NCBI GenBank assembly: GCA_012840855.1
Contig: DUVX01000096.1
Location: 41-64,040, forward strand
Origin: Bacillota bacterium
GTDB lineage: Bacteria > Bacillota > Dethiobacteria > DTU022
Length of the DNA: 64,000 nt
Reading direction: 5' to 3'
Shown: positions 32,214 to 40,935 of the stretch, one piece after another
How positions within the stretch are numbered: the first letter of the stretch is position 1
How the letters are laid out: each line of letters starts with the position of its first letter
Position numbers and translations under genes: made by a program
Notes under the pieces: model-generated
The model's input: only the letters and a program-made list of their open reading frames with translations
The model's database searches: none
Told to the model about the DNA's origin: nothing

Positions 32214-32972
32214 ATGGCAAGGATCATAGCCATCGCCAATCAAAAAGGCGGTGTCGGTAAAACCACCACGGCAGTAAACCTTAGTGCCGCCCTGGCCCGT
32301 AGGGGAGAGAAAGTATTACTGCTGGATATCGATCCCCAGGGGAATACCACGAGCGGCATCGGCCTCTCCAAGAAGGAGATCAGGGTCTGCGTTTACGATG
32401 CTCTGATCAATGATCTACCCCTGCAGAGGATTATCTTGCCTTCTCGCTGGGAAAATCTAGATGTGGCGCCGGCCACAATCCAGCTGGCCGGCGCAGAGAT
32501 CGAGCTGGTTCCCACAGTATCGCGAGAAGTAAAATTAAAAGAGGCGCTTCAACCGATTATTGACAGGTACTCCTTTATCATGATCGACTGCCCTCCATCC
32601 CTGGGATTGTTAACCTTGAACGCGCTCACTGCTGCCGATGGGGTCCTGATCCCCATCCAATGCGAATATTACGCTCTGGAGGGGCTGGGCCAGCTGATGA
32701 ATACAATTACGCTGGTCCGCAAGCATCTCAACCAAAAACTGGACATTGAGGGTGTTGTCCTGACGATGTACGACTCGCGGACAAACCTGTCCGAGCAGGT
32801 TGTGGAAGAGGTGCGGGGCTACTTTCGGGAAAAAGTTTACCGGACCATCGTTCCCCGAAATGTCCGCCTCAGCGAAGCGCCGAGCCACGGTCTCCATATC
32901 TTCGAGTATGACCCCCGCTGCAAGGGTGCGGAGGTATATTACGCCCTGGCACGGGAGGTGATCGGAGATTGA
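32214..32972 (+). CDS. parA: Chromosome partitioning ATPase ParA/Soj
   Basis: 252 aa. Deviant Walker A KGGVGKTT. Confidence 0.9.
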   Translation: MARIIAIANQKGGVGKTTTAVNLSAALARRGEKVLLLDIDPQGNTTSGIGLSKKEIRVCVYDALINDLPLQRIILPSRWENLDVAPATIQLAGAEIELVPTVSREVKLKEALQPIIDRYSFIMIDCPPSLGLLTLNALTAADGVLIPIQCEYYALEGLGQLMNTITLVRKHLNQKLDIEGVVLTMYDSRTNLSEQVVEEVRGYFREKVYRTIVPRNVRLSEAPSHGLHIFEYDPRCKGAEVYYALAREVIGD

Positions 32973-33829
32973 AAGAGAAAAAACGGCTCGGCCGGGGGTT
33001 AGGTGCGCTGATCAATGAAGCGCTGACCGGGGAGGAGAATATCATGGAGCTGCCCCTGGATCAGGTGAAGCCCAACCCCCTACAGCCGCGCTCGGCTTTC
33101 GATCCGGGCAGGCTGGAGGAGCTGGCGGATTCCATCAGAGAACACGGCGTAGTTCAGGCGGTGATCGTATCGCCTGCGCCCCGGGGGGGCTATTACCTCG
33201 TCGCCGGCGAAAGGCGCTGCCGGGCGGCCAAAATGGCGGGGCTGACGAAGGTGCCGGCACTGGTCAGGGAGCTCGATGAGCGGGCGATGTTGGAGATCGC
33301 TCTTATTGAAAATTTGCAGCGCGAGGACCTGAACCCCATTGAAGAGGCGAGCTCTTATCGCCGGCTCATGGATGAGTTTGCGCTAACCCAGGAAGAGCTG
33401 GGGAGACGTCTGGGGAAAAGCCGGCCGGCCATCGCCAATGCGGTGCGCTTGCTTTCGCTGCCGCAGAGCGTGCAGAAGGCTATCATTGAAAAAAAACTGA
33501 ACGTGGGGCAGGCGCGGCCGTTGCTGGCAATAGAGGATCGATCCCGCCAGGAAGAGATGGCTCGACAGATCATCGAGGGTAAACTGACGGCCCGCGAAGC
33601 GGAAAAACTAACCGGTAAGGGAGCGAAGATGGGGCAGAAGCGCCGCCGGGAGGTGCCGGAACCGGCAGATCCCCTCACCAAAGAGCTGCAGGGCAGATTG
33701 CAGCGTCAGCTGGGAACAAGGGTCAAGATCTACCGGCGCAGGGGCGGCGGCTCCATCGAGATATCTTTTTACGGGGAGGATGACCTCGAGCGGCTCATCT
33801 CTCTGCTGATGCCAACCGGGCTGGATTAA
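32969..33829 (+). CDS. parB: Chromosome partitioning protein ParB/Spo0J
   Basis: 286 aa. ParB box GERRCRAAKMAG and HTH (QEELGRRLGKSRPAIANAVRLL). Confidence 0.9.
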   Translation: MKEKKRLGRGLGALINEALTGEENIMELPLDQVKPNPLQPRSAFDPGRLEELADSIREHGVVQAVIVSPAPRGGYYLVAGERRCRAAKMAGLTKVPALVRELDERAMLEIALIENLQREDLNPIEEASSYRRLMDEFALTQEELGRRLGKSRPAIANAVRLLSLPQSVQKAIIEKKLNVGQARPLLAIEDRSRQEEMARQIIEGKLTAREAEKLTGKGAKMGQKRRREVPEPADPLTKELQGRLQRQLGTRVKIYRRRGGGSIEISFYGEDDLERLISLLMPTGLD

Positions 33830-33832
33830 ATA

Positions 33833-33848
33833 TGTTTCACGTGAAACA
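33833..33848. promoter_or_regulatory. parS centromere site (TGTTTCACGTGAAACA, perfect consensus palindrome)
   Basis: Exact 16-bp parS starting 4 nt after the parB stop codon. Confidence 0.9.
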
Positions 33849-33911
33849 TATCGGAAAAAGGAGAATGGACGCTAAAGGAGAAGTAATCGTTGTTAACATA
33901 TCTTAACAAAG

Positions 33912-34454
33912 TTGAGGGGTGGTGAAAGGGGCTTGCCACTTTGGGAAGATCTAGACCTGTGGGTATCTGCTCATCCGGCCGCCCTTGTCGCCATCGCGGG
34001 GGCGGCCCTGCTGGCCGGCCTGGTTGTGGCGATAGCGGCGCTGGTGGCGGCGCGTCGGTTGAGGCGGCGTTATGCCCGGCTGATGATGAATCAGGAGGGG
34101 CTCGATCTGGAAGAGCTGCTCGGCAGTCACGGGGAGCTTCTGCAGGAGGGCCTTCATAGCAGGGAAAGGATTGAGGCGCGCCTAGATGCGGCGGAGGCGC
34201 AGCTGCGCTCCACGATAGCCGGCGTGGCCCTGGTTCGCTACAACGCTTTCCGGGAAACCGGCAGTGATCTGAGCTTCTCCCTGGCTTTGCTCGATCGCGA
34301 TCTAAACGGCGTTGTGCTGACAAGCCTGTTCGGACGCGATGAGAGCAGGTGTTACGGTAAGACCATCGAGCGGGGGGAACCGGTCCATAGCCTCAGTGAG
34401 GAAGAGGCCTGCGCTCTTGTAGAGGCGAAAAGCCGGGTCAGGGCGCAGGATTGA
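33912..34454 (+). CDS. DUF4446 family protein
   Basis: N-terminal TM. Conserved core VRYNAFRETGSDLSFSLALLDRDLNGVVLTSLFGRDESRCYGK. This family commonly follows parB in Firmicutes. The start is uncertain. Confidence 0.6.
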   Translation: MRGGERGLPLWEDLDLWVSAHPAALVAIAGAALLAGLVVAIAALVAARRLRRRYARLMMNQEGLDLEELLGSHGELLQEGLHSRERIEARLDAAEAQLRSTIAGVALVRYNAFRETGSDLSFSLALLDRDLNGVVLTSLFGRDESRCYGKTIERGEPVHSLSEEEACALVEAKSRVRAQD

Positions 34455-34468
34455 AGGCGGGGTAGCTG

Positions 34469-35368
34469 ATGGCTGACAAGAAACGATGTTTTACGATTAT
34501 GATCGTGCCTCATTCCGAGGAATCTACATACAGTATTCGCGTGCCCCTCTACATTGGCCAGCTAGTCGTTGCCCTCTGCGTAATCGGGCTTGCCGCTTTT
34601 TTTGTTCTGGCCTACGCATACAGCCGCGCCCTTACCGAAGCCGAGGAGGCGGCTATCCTACGGCGGGTTAACCAGGCCCAGCAGGACGAGATCGACTCTT
34701 TCGCCCGGCAGACCCAGCAGCTACTTCAGCAGATGCTGGAGGTAGAGGAACTGGCCCGGCTGGTGTCGGAGAAGTTGGGGCTCAGACTGGAGGATGGAAA
34801 ATCCACTTCGCGTAAAGAGGAGCGCTCCCCGGAAGGGCGTAACTATGCATCGCGCGCTGATGAGCGGATTTTGGATCGTACGGCAGACAACCTGGCCGCG
34901 CTGGAGGAGCTTCTGCCCGAAAACACTGTAGCCCTGCAAACACTGAAAGAAGAGGTTGATGAATATAACCGCCGCCTGGCGGCAACCCCTTCTGGATGGC
35001 CCTGCGGAGGCAGGGTCACTTCGGGATTCGGGATGCGCCGATCGCCCTTCGGAGGGGGCTACAGATTTCATTACGGCATCGATATCGCCTCATCTCATGG
35101 CAGCTCCATCTGGGCCACCGCAAAAGGGAGGGTTTCCTTCGCCGGATACAGGCGGGGGTTGGGGAACCTGGTCATTATCCAGCATGGCTATGGCTTTCAA
35201 AGCTATTACGGACACCTCTCCAGGATAGCTGTTTCACCGGGCCAGGTGGTGGAGAGGGGCCGGGTGATCGGATATATGGGGCGAACCGGATCTGCCACCG
35301 GTACCCACCTTCACTATGAGGTGCATCTCCACGGGGTGGCGGTGAATCCGGCGCAATATATGTACTAA
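34469..35368 (+). CDS. M23 family metallopeptidase (LytM domain) with N-terminal TM and coiled-coil
   Basis: 299 aa. HYGIDIA...H, YGHLS and GTHLHYEVH zinc-binding motifs. Confidence 0.85.
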   Translation: MADKKRCFTIMIVPHSEESTYSIRVPLYIGQLVVALCVIGLAAFFVLAYAYSRALTEAEEAAILRRVNQAQQDEIDSFARQTQQLLQQMLEVEELARLVSEKLGLRLEDGKSTSRKEERSPEGRNYASRADERILDRTADNLAALEELLPENTVALQTLKEEVDEYNRRLAATPSGWPCGGRVTSGFGMRRSPFGGGYRFHYGIDIASSHGSSIWATAKGRVSFAGYRRGLGNLVIIQHGYGFQSYYGHLSRIAVSPGQVVERGRVIGYMGRTGSATGTHLHYEVHLHGVAVNPAQYMY

Positions 35369-35386
35369 TAAGGGAGGGGGCGTTCT

Positions 35387-35806
35387 ATGTTTAAGAGGAC
35401 ACCGCGGGAGGCTCCACCGGGCAAGGTCAGCACGATCATCGGCGAGGATGCTTGCTTTAAGGGATCGATCAAGACAAAAAGCCTCATCAGGATCGATGGT
35501 GAGATGGAAGGCGATATCACTACCCAGGGTGACGTGGTCATCGGGGAGAGTGGAAAGGTGAAGCTGGATCTAAAAGCCCGCAATATTACCATCGCCGGAC
35601 GCTTTGACGGCAGCCTGGAGGCAGAGGGTAAGCTGGAGATAAGAGGAAGCGGGGTTATCCTAGGGAGCGTGAAGGCAAACGGTCTGATCGTTGACGACGG
35701 CGCTGTTTTTTCCGGGAATATGGAGATCTGCGTTTACACTGAGGGTGCGGCGGCGCTGCCTTTCCAAGAAAAGGGATCTGATTCTGGAATAGAGGAGAAG
35801 ACTTAA
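35387..35806 (+). CDS. Bactofilin (polymer-forming cytoskeletal protein)
   Basis: 139 aa. Repetitive beta-helix segments (GDVVIGESGKV, ITIAGRFDGSLEAEGKLEIRGSGVILGSVKANGLIV). 18 nt downstream of the M23 peptidase. Confidence 0.8.
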   Translation: MFKRTPREAPPGKVSTIIGEDACFKGSIKTKSLIRIDGEMEGDITTQGDVVIGESGKVKLDLKARNITIAGRFDGSLEAEGKLEIRGSGVILGSVKANGLIVDDGAVFSGNMEICVYTEGAAALPFQEKGSDSGIEEKT

Positions 35807-36399
35807 CCCCGGGTGAGGGCCTGCTGCAACCCCTCCGCCATGACTCTGGCGATCTCCAAAACATGGTGGAGTCGAGTGCTCTGCAAAACCATCTGCTCCA
35901 TGAATCCGCCGATATTGACGATGCCGCTTAAGTAGATCTGGCCCACCGGGGGCAGGTGTTTGTTGACGCCCGCGCCGGGCATGAGCGGGCCCCGACCCAC
36001 TTCGATCAGCCCCACACTACCCGGTTTGCCCAGAGAAGCGTCGACGGCGATTACGAGGGGCCTGGCGGGGTTGTCGCCCAGCTCAACTCTGTGTTTTTCC
36101 AGATTAAGGGCGTGAACGGGGCTGGCCAGGGTTCCCCTGATTGTGGTGCGCGGCAGCGAAAGCTGCTCCAGATAAGAGCCCACCAGCGGGCCCAATGAAT
36201 CGCCGGTGGAGCGATCCGAGCCGATGCAGATTACGGTTCGCTGCCGCCCCGGGGAGCATCCCCCCAGGCTGGAGATCAGGATCATCAGGGCGCCGGCGAT
36301 CTTGTCCGCTGCTTTAAGATCCTGGTAATTTATCCGCAGCGCGGCCTTTTCTTTAGCTCGCGCCCCCCCTCGCGGTGGTGTTACCAGTAGGTCGGCCAT
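35803..36399 (-). CDS. yyaC: Sporulation protein YyaC (DUF1256, GPR/HybD-like putative protease)
   Basis: 198 aa. VICIGSDRSTGDSLGPLVGSYL is the hallmark segment. Confidence 0.6.
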   Translation of the reverse strand: MADLLVTPPRGGARAKEKAALRINYQDLKAADKIAGALMILISSLGGCSPGRQRTVICIGSDRSTGDSLGPLVGSYLEQLSLPRTTIRGTLASPVHALNLEKHRVELGDNPARPLVIAVDASLGKPGSVGLIEVGRGPLMPGAGVNKHLPPVGQIYLSGIVNIGGFMEQMVLQSTRLHHVLEIARVMAEGLQQALTRG

Positions 36400-36442
36400 C
36401 GAAGTCCTCCTCGCGGCTGATATACCTTAGTTATATTAGAAG

Positions 36443-37132
36443 TTGCCCTTAAATATGTATGAAGGGATCCGGATAAGTCCAAGGAAAGCAGTGGAGCAGT
36501 TGATCTGGCTGGATCTGGCCGTGGTTTCCCTGATCCTCCGAGGAGCGATCAGCGGTTACCGGTGGGGATGGCGCCGGGCTCTTGGCCACCTGGGTGCGCT
36601 TATTTGCGCCGCGTTAACGGCGCTGCTGGGCCGGGGGGATCTGAAATATTTTGGGGCTCGGCATGGCAATTTGGAGAAGGTAATAGAGACTGCCGTTCAC
36701 AGCCGCCTGGCCCTCCCGGTAAGCGCCCCTGTTGACGGGGCAGTTCGTCCCCCGGGGCTGCCCGGAGCGCTATGGCAGGCGTTGTATCAAGGAGCGGCGC
36801 CGGCGGCGGATCCCGGTAATCTGGCGACGCTGTTGACAGCGCTGCTGGGTCACACCGTTGCTTTTCTGGCCGGCCTGGCGCTCTGGTGGGGATTTTTCCA
36901 TCTCTGTGGGGCAGCCCTGGCAGATAAAGAGGAGGGCCAGATAAGCATCGCCGCCCGCCGGGGGGGGGTGATGATCGGCATGGCCGGACAGCTCTGTTGC
37001 GCCGCCATCATCATCGGTGTAGCCCTTCCCCTGGCTTGGTTGGGCGGGGTGCCGCCGGAGCTTTTGCAGATCGAAGAGACCCGCCTGGCTTGCCTGGCCT
37101 GGAATATTTTTGCTGCTCTAAAAATCTGGTGA
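36443..37132 (+). CDS. CvpA-family membrane protein (tentative)
   Basis: 229 aa, with 4-5 TM segments. The N-terminus LDLAVVSLILRGAISGYRWGWRRALGHLGALI resembles CvpA. Confidence 0.4.
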   Translation: MPLNMYEGIRISPRKAVEQLIWLDLAVVSLILRGAISGYRWGWRRALGHLGALICAALTALLGRGDLKYFGARHGNLEKVIETAVHSRLALPVSAPVDGAVRPPGLPGALWQALYQGAAPAADPGNLATLLTALLGHTVAFLAGLALWWGFFHLCGAALADKEEGQISIAARRGGVMIGMAGQLCCAAIIIGVALPLAWLGGVPPELLQIEETRLACLAWNIFAALKIW

Positions 37133-37239
37133 AAGAACCCTTTTCCGGGGACAAGCAGGAATTGGCGGGAAAAAGAAGAACATTATACTTTTACAATCAC
37201 CATACTAACCTTGGGTATCCCCAAAAGCGAGGGAGATAG

Positions 37240-37893
37240 ATGTTGATAATTTTATTGGGTCCTCCGGGTGCGGGCAAGGGAACACAGGCAGACCGGTTGG
37301 TCAAGAAATACGATCTGGCCTATATCGCTACGGGAGATATTCTCAGGGCCGCTGTGAAGAGCGGGTCTCCCCTGGGGCGGGAAGCACGGGTATTTATGGA
37401 GCAGGGGCAGCTGGTTCCCGATGAGGTTGTCGTGGGCATCGTCCGGGAGCGGCTTACTGCCCCCGACTGCACCGGAGGCGCGATTCTGGATGGTTTTCCC
37501 CGTACTGTAGCCCAGGCGCAGGCACTGGATAAAGTTCTGGGTGAGATCGGCACGGGGATAGACCGGGTTATCCATATCGAGGTTGATGAAGAAGAGCTGA
37601 TCACCCGCCTGACCGGGCGGAGGGTCTGTCGCGACTGCGCCGCGACATATCATATTAACTTCAATCCGCCCCGCGTGCGCAATGTCTGCGATCAATGTGG
37701 TGGGGAGCTTTATCAGAGAGAAGATGATTCTCTCTCCACGGTTCAGGAAAGGCTGGCGGTTTACCGCGAACAGACCGCTCCGCTCATCGATTACTACGGT
37801 AGAGAAAACCTTATCACCATCATCGACGGCAACCGGGAGATCGAGCAGATTTTTTCCGATATAAGCGCTGCCCTTGAGGTGGGATCGGCCTAG
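37240..37893 (+). CDS. adk: Adenylate kinase (zinc-binding LID type)
   Basis: 217 aa. P-loop GPPGAGKGTQ. LID CRDC...CDQC. It lies outside the usual secY-adk-map context. Confidence 0.9.
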   Translation: MLIILLGPPGAGKGTQADRLVKKYDLAYIATGDILRAAVKSGSPLGREARVFMEQGQLVPDEVVVGIVRERLTAPDCTGGAILDGFPRTVAQAQALDKVLGEIGTGIDRVIHIEVDEEELITRLTGRRVCRDCAATYHINFNPPRVRNVCDQCGGELYQREDDSLSTVQERLAVYREQTAPLIDYYGRENLITIIDGNREIEQIFSDISAALEVGSA

Positions 37894-38093
37894 TGGAGCC
37901 CTATCAGATCGGGCAGATCGTGGAGATGAAAAAAGGGCACCCCTGCGGAGCCAATCGCTGGCAGATCACCAGGGTGGGGGCAGATTTCAGGATACGTTGC
38001 CTTCAGTGCGGTCGCAGTGTCCTGATGCCGCGGAGCCGCTTTACCCGCCGTGTCAAAAAAGTGATCGGCGGGGGGCCGGCAGAAAATAGATAA
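37893..38093 (+). CDS. DUF951 family small protein
   Basis: 66 aa. GQIVEMKKGHPCGANRWQITRVGADFRIRCLQCGRSVLMPRSRFTRRVKKV. It is typically paired with ychF. Confidence 0.6.
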   Translation: MEPYQIGQIVEMKKGHPCGANRWQITRVGADFRIRCLQCGRSVLMPRSRFTRRVKKVIGGGPAENR

Positions 38094-38105
38094 GGGGGGC
38101 GCCAA

Positions 38106-39176
38106 GTGTCCTGGAGTTGCGGGATCGTCGGTCTGCCCAATGCGGGGAAGTCCACATTCTTCAAAGCGCTGACGGCGATCGATGTTCCTATTGACAGCTA
38201 TCCTTTTACCACCATAGATCCCAATGTAGCGGTGGTTCCCCTGAAAGATCCCCGCCTGGAGGCGCTGGCAGCGCTTTGCGGCTCCACAAAAGTGACCCCG
38301 CCGGCGATACGCATTGTCGATGTTGCCGGCCTTGTCGAAGGGGCCAGCAGGGGGGAGGGGCTGGGCAACCGTTTTTTGGGGGAGCTGCGCAACGTCGATC
38401 TGCTGCTCCATGTCGTGGCCGGCTTTTCACAATTGGAGGGGGCGGGTGAAAGCCCCGCGTCCCGGGCTGCCCTGATCAATCTGGAGCTTACCCTCGCCGA
38501 TCTGGAGACGGTGGCGCGCCGCAAAGAGAAGGTCCGCGGGCAGCAAAAAGGAAGCCCCGTTCAATCCACCGCAGAGCTGAATTTTCTCGATCGCTTGGAG
38601 CAGCTGCTGCTGCAGGGAGAGCCGGCCCGCCTTTTTCCAGCGGGAGAGAGTGAAAAAGAGTACCTCGAAAGGCTCTTTTTGCTCACTTCGAAAAAGATGC
38701 TCTATATCTTTAACCAGGATGAAAACGGGGCACCGCCGCCGCGGGGGATGATCGAGCTGGCCCGGGCGGAGGGAAGCCCCATGGTTTCACTTTGCGCCCG
38801 CCTCGAGGCGGAGATCGGTGAACTCCCCGAAGAGGAGAAAGGGTATTTTTTAAAAGAATTCGGTCTCGGGGAATCGCGGGTTGATGAGCTGCTGCGGCAG
38901 TGTTACCGCCTGCTGGATCTGCTCACCTTCTATACGGTGAAGGGTGAAGAGGCCCGCGCCTGGTTCGTTCCCCGCGGCGTCACCGCTCTCGAAGCGGCCT
39001 TCATGATCCATACGGATATGGGCCGGGGTTTTATCAAAGCCGAAGTGATCTCCGGGGAGTCTCTGGTCGAAGCGGGCAGCCTGACAGCGGCGCGTGAAGC
39101 GGGGGTTCTCCGCACCGAAGGGCGGGACTATCTGCTGGCCGACGGTGAAGTGATCTATATTCACTTCCGCAGTTAG
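38106..39176 (+). CDS. ychF: Ribosome-binding ATPase YchF
   Basis: 356 aa. G1 GLPNAGKSTFF, and TGS domain at the C-terminus. GTG start. Confidence 0.9.
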   Translation: MSWSCGIVGLPNAGKSTFFKALTAIDVPIDSYPFTTIDPNVAVVPLKDPRLEALAALCGSTKVTPPAIRIVDVAGLVEGASRGEGLGNRFLGELRNVDLLLHVVAGFSQLEGAGESPASRAALINLELTLADLETVARRKEKVRGQQKGSPVQSTAELNFLDRLEQLLLQGEPARLFPAGESEKEYLERLFLLTSKKMLYIFNQDENGAPPPRGMIELARAEGSPMVSLCARLEAEIGELPEEEKGYFLKEFGLGESRVDELLRQCYRLLDLLTFYTVKGEEARAWFVPRGVTALEAAFMIHTDMGRGFIKAEVISGESLVEAGSLTAAREAGVLRTEGRDYLLADGEVIYIHFRS

Positions 39177-39341
39177 GCTTCGACAGTATCTTTGTTTATT
39201 CGCCGGGCGGACAGCTCCGGCGACAGGATACCCGGTTATCTGCATCTGCCGCTTGCCTGCGGTGGTGAGATATGCTATGATCAGCCCGTACCAACCTGCT
39301 CCATATAAAGGGGCCGACAGTCCAGAGGGAGGTGAAACGCA

Positions 39342-39629
39342 GTGGCCGTCTATGAAACCATGTTCATTTTTCAACCAGAACTAGAAAACGAAACTGAGGA
39401 AGAGCTTTTAAATAGCATCAAGGCCATTTTACAGAGACTCGGAGGAGAGGTTACCAGAGCCGATGACTGGGGAAAACGTAAGCTGGCCTACGAGATCAAC
39501 AAATTTACTGAGGGTCATTATTATCTGTTGCAATTCAAGGGATCCCATGAGATCGTCCCCGAACTCGAGCATTTCTTCCGGGTCAACGACGCGGTAATCC
39601 GCTTTATCATCGTGCGGGAAGACGAGTAG
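39342..39629 (+). CDS. rpsF: 30S ribosomal protein S6
   Basis: 95 aa. GTG start with a GAGGGAGGTG RBS. MAVYETMFIFQPEL. Confidence 0.9.
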   Translation: MAVYETMFIFQPELENETEEELLNSIKAILQRLGGEVTRADDWGKRKLAYEINKFTEGHYYLLQFKGSHEIVPELEHFFRVNDAVIRFIIVREDE

Positions 39630-39652
39630 AATCTCTATTTTACAAAAAGGCG

Positions 39653-40057
39653 GTGCATGGGATGCTTAACCTCGTGGTGTTGATCGGTCGTTTGACTCAT
39701 GATCCGGAGCTCCGTTATACTCCCGGGAACGGCACAGCGGTAACCACATTTGACTTGGCGGTCGATCGGCCTTTTACCAACAAACAGGGTGAAAGAGAAG
39801 CTGATTTTATCAGGATCGTTACCTGGGATAAGCTGGCGGAAACCTGTGCCAACTATCTGCAGAAGGGAAGGCTGATAGCGGCAACGGGACGCTTGCAGAT
39901 CCGTTCCTACGACGACCGGGAAGGGATTCGCCGCAAGGCCGCTGAGGTGGTGGCGCGGGACATCAGATTTCTCGAGCCGCCGCGCACCAAGGATCCGGGA
40001 GACTCTTCGGATTCCTTTTCCGGAGACGAAGTAAGCGAAGATGACATTCCTTTTTAA
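39653..40057 (+). CDS. ssb: Single-stranded DNA-binding protein
   Basis: OB fold and an acidic C-terminal tail ending DDIPF. Confidence 0.9.
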   Translation: MHGMLNLVVLIGRLTHDPELRYTPGNGTAVTTFDLAVDRPFTNKQGEREADFIRIVTWDKLAETCANYLQKGRLIAATGRLQIRSYDDREGIRRKAAEVVARDIRFLEPPRTKDPGDSSDSFSGDEVSEDDIPF

Positions 40058-40070
40058 GGAGGCTGGTTAG

Positions 40071-40301
40071 TTGAGGCGCGATCGGGGCCGTAGACCTAAA
40101 AGAAAAATATGCAGTTTTTGTGTTGATAAAGTTGAGCAGGTAGATTATAAGCAGTACGAGAAGCTGAAGCGCTTTATTACGGAGCGGGGCAAAATCCTGC
40201 CGAGGCGTATCTCCGGCAACTGCGCCAGACATCAGCGTCAGCTGACGCGGGCGATTAAAAGAGCGCGGATCATGGCTTTGCTCCCCTTTACCTCCGAATA
40301 A
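40071..40301 (+). CDS. rpsR: 30S ribosomal protein S18
   Basis: 76 aa. TTG start with an [25 protein letters not shown]. Confidence 0.9.
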   Translation: MRRDRGRRPKRKICSFCVDKVEQVDYKQYEKLKRFITERGKILPRRISGNCARHQRQLTRAIKRARIMALLPFTSE

Positions 40302-40478
40302 TCAGATCAAAAGGACCCCCCCCCGGGAAAACGGTGCTGGAGGCTTCTGCTGCCGGCGCCGTTTTTTAGCTTTATTCCTGGGCAGGAGCACGACGCCGGC
40401 GGCGCGAATTAATAAGCTGGTGGAGGCCGAGCAAGAAGAGGCAGATGTACAGAGCAAACCTTTGAAAGGGTGGAGCCG

Positions 40479-40925
40479 ATGAAGGTTATTTTGAAAGAAG
40501 ATGTCCCTGGATTGGGGGAGAAAGGCGAAGTGAAGGATGTTGCGCCCGGTTATGGGCGTAACCTGCTGATTCCCCGGGGGCTCGCCGAGGAAGCCACGCC
40601 GGGCCGTCTGCGCGAACTGCAACACCGGGCGCAGGTCTCGAAGAAAAAGGAGCGCCGGCAAAAAGAAGAGAGCCTCGTCCAGGCGGAGCACCTGGAGAAG
40701 CAGGAGCTCCGTTTCAGGCTCGCCGCCAGCGAAGGCGGACGGCTGTTCGGCTCGGTGACGGCAACCGATATCGCCGGGGAGCTGCAGCGATTGGGTTTTG
40801 CTGTGGACAAGAAAAAGATCATCCTCGAGGAGCCGATCAAGGCCGTCGGCCGTTATGAGGTTACCGTCAAGCTTTACTCGGGAATCAAGGCCGTGGTTGC
40901 AATAGAGGTGGAGGAAGAGAGTTAG
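40479..40925 (+). CDS. rplI: 50S ribosomal protein L9
   Basis: MKVILKEDVPGLGEKGEVKDVAPGYGRNLLIP. About 148 aa. Confidence 0.9.
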   Translation: MKVILKEDVPGLGEKGEVKDVAPGYGRNLLIPRGLAEEATPGRLRELQHRAQVSKKKERRQKEESLVQAEHLEKQELRFRLAASEGGRLFGSVTATDIAGELQRLGFAVDKKKIILEEPIKAVGRYEVTVKLYSGIKAVVAIEVEEES

Positions 40926-40935
40926 GAGGCAGATT

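Noticed and set aside
33826-34323. 165-aa minus-strand ORF (Pro/Arg-rich) spanning parS and the start of the DUF4446 gene
   Set aside because: It covers the parS palindrome and runs antisense to the DUF4446 gene. Low-complexity artefact.
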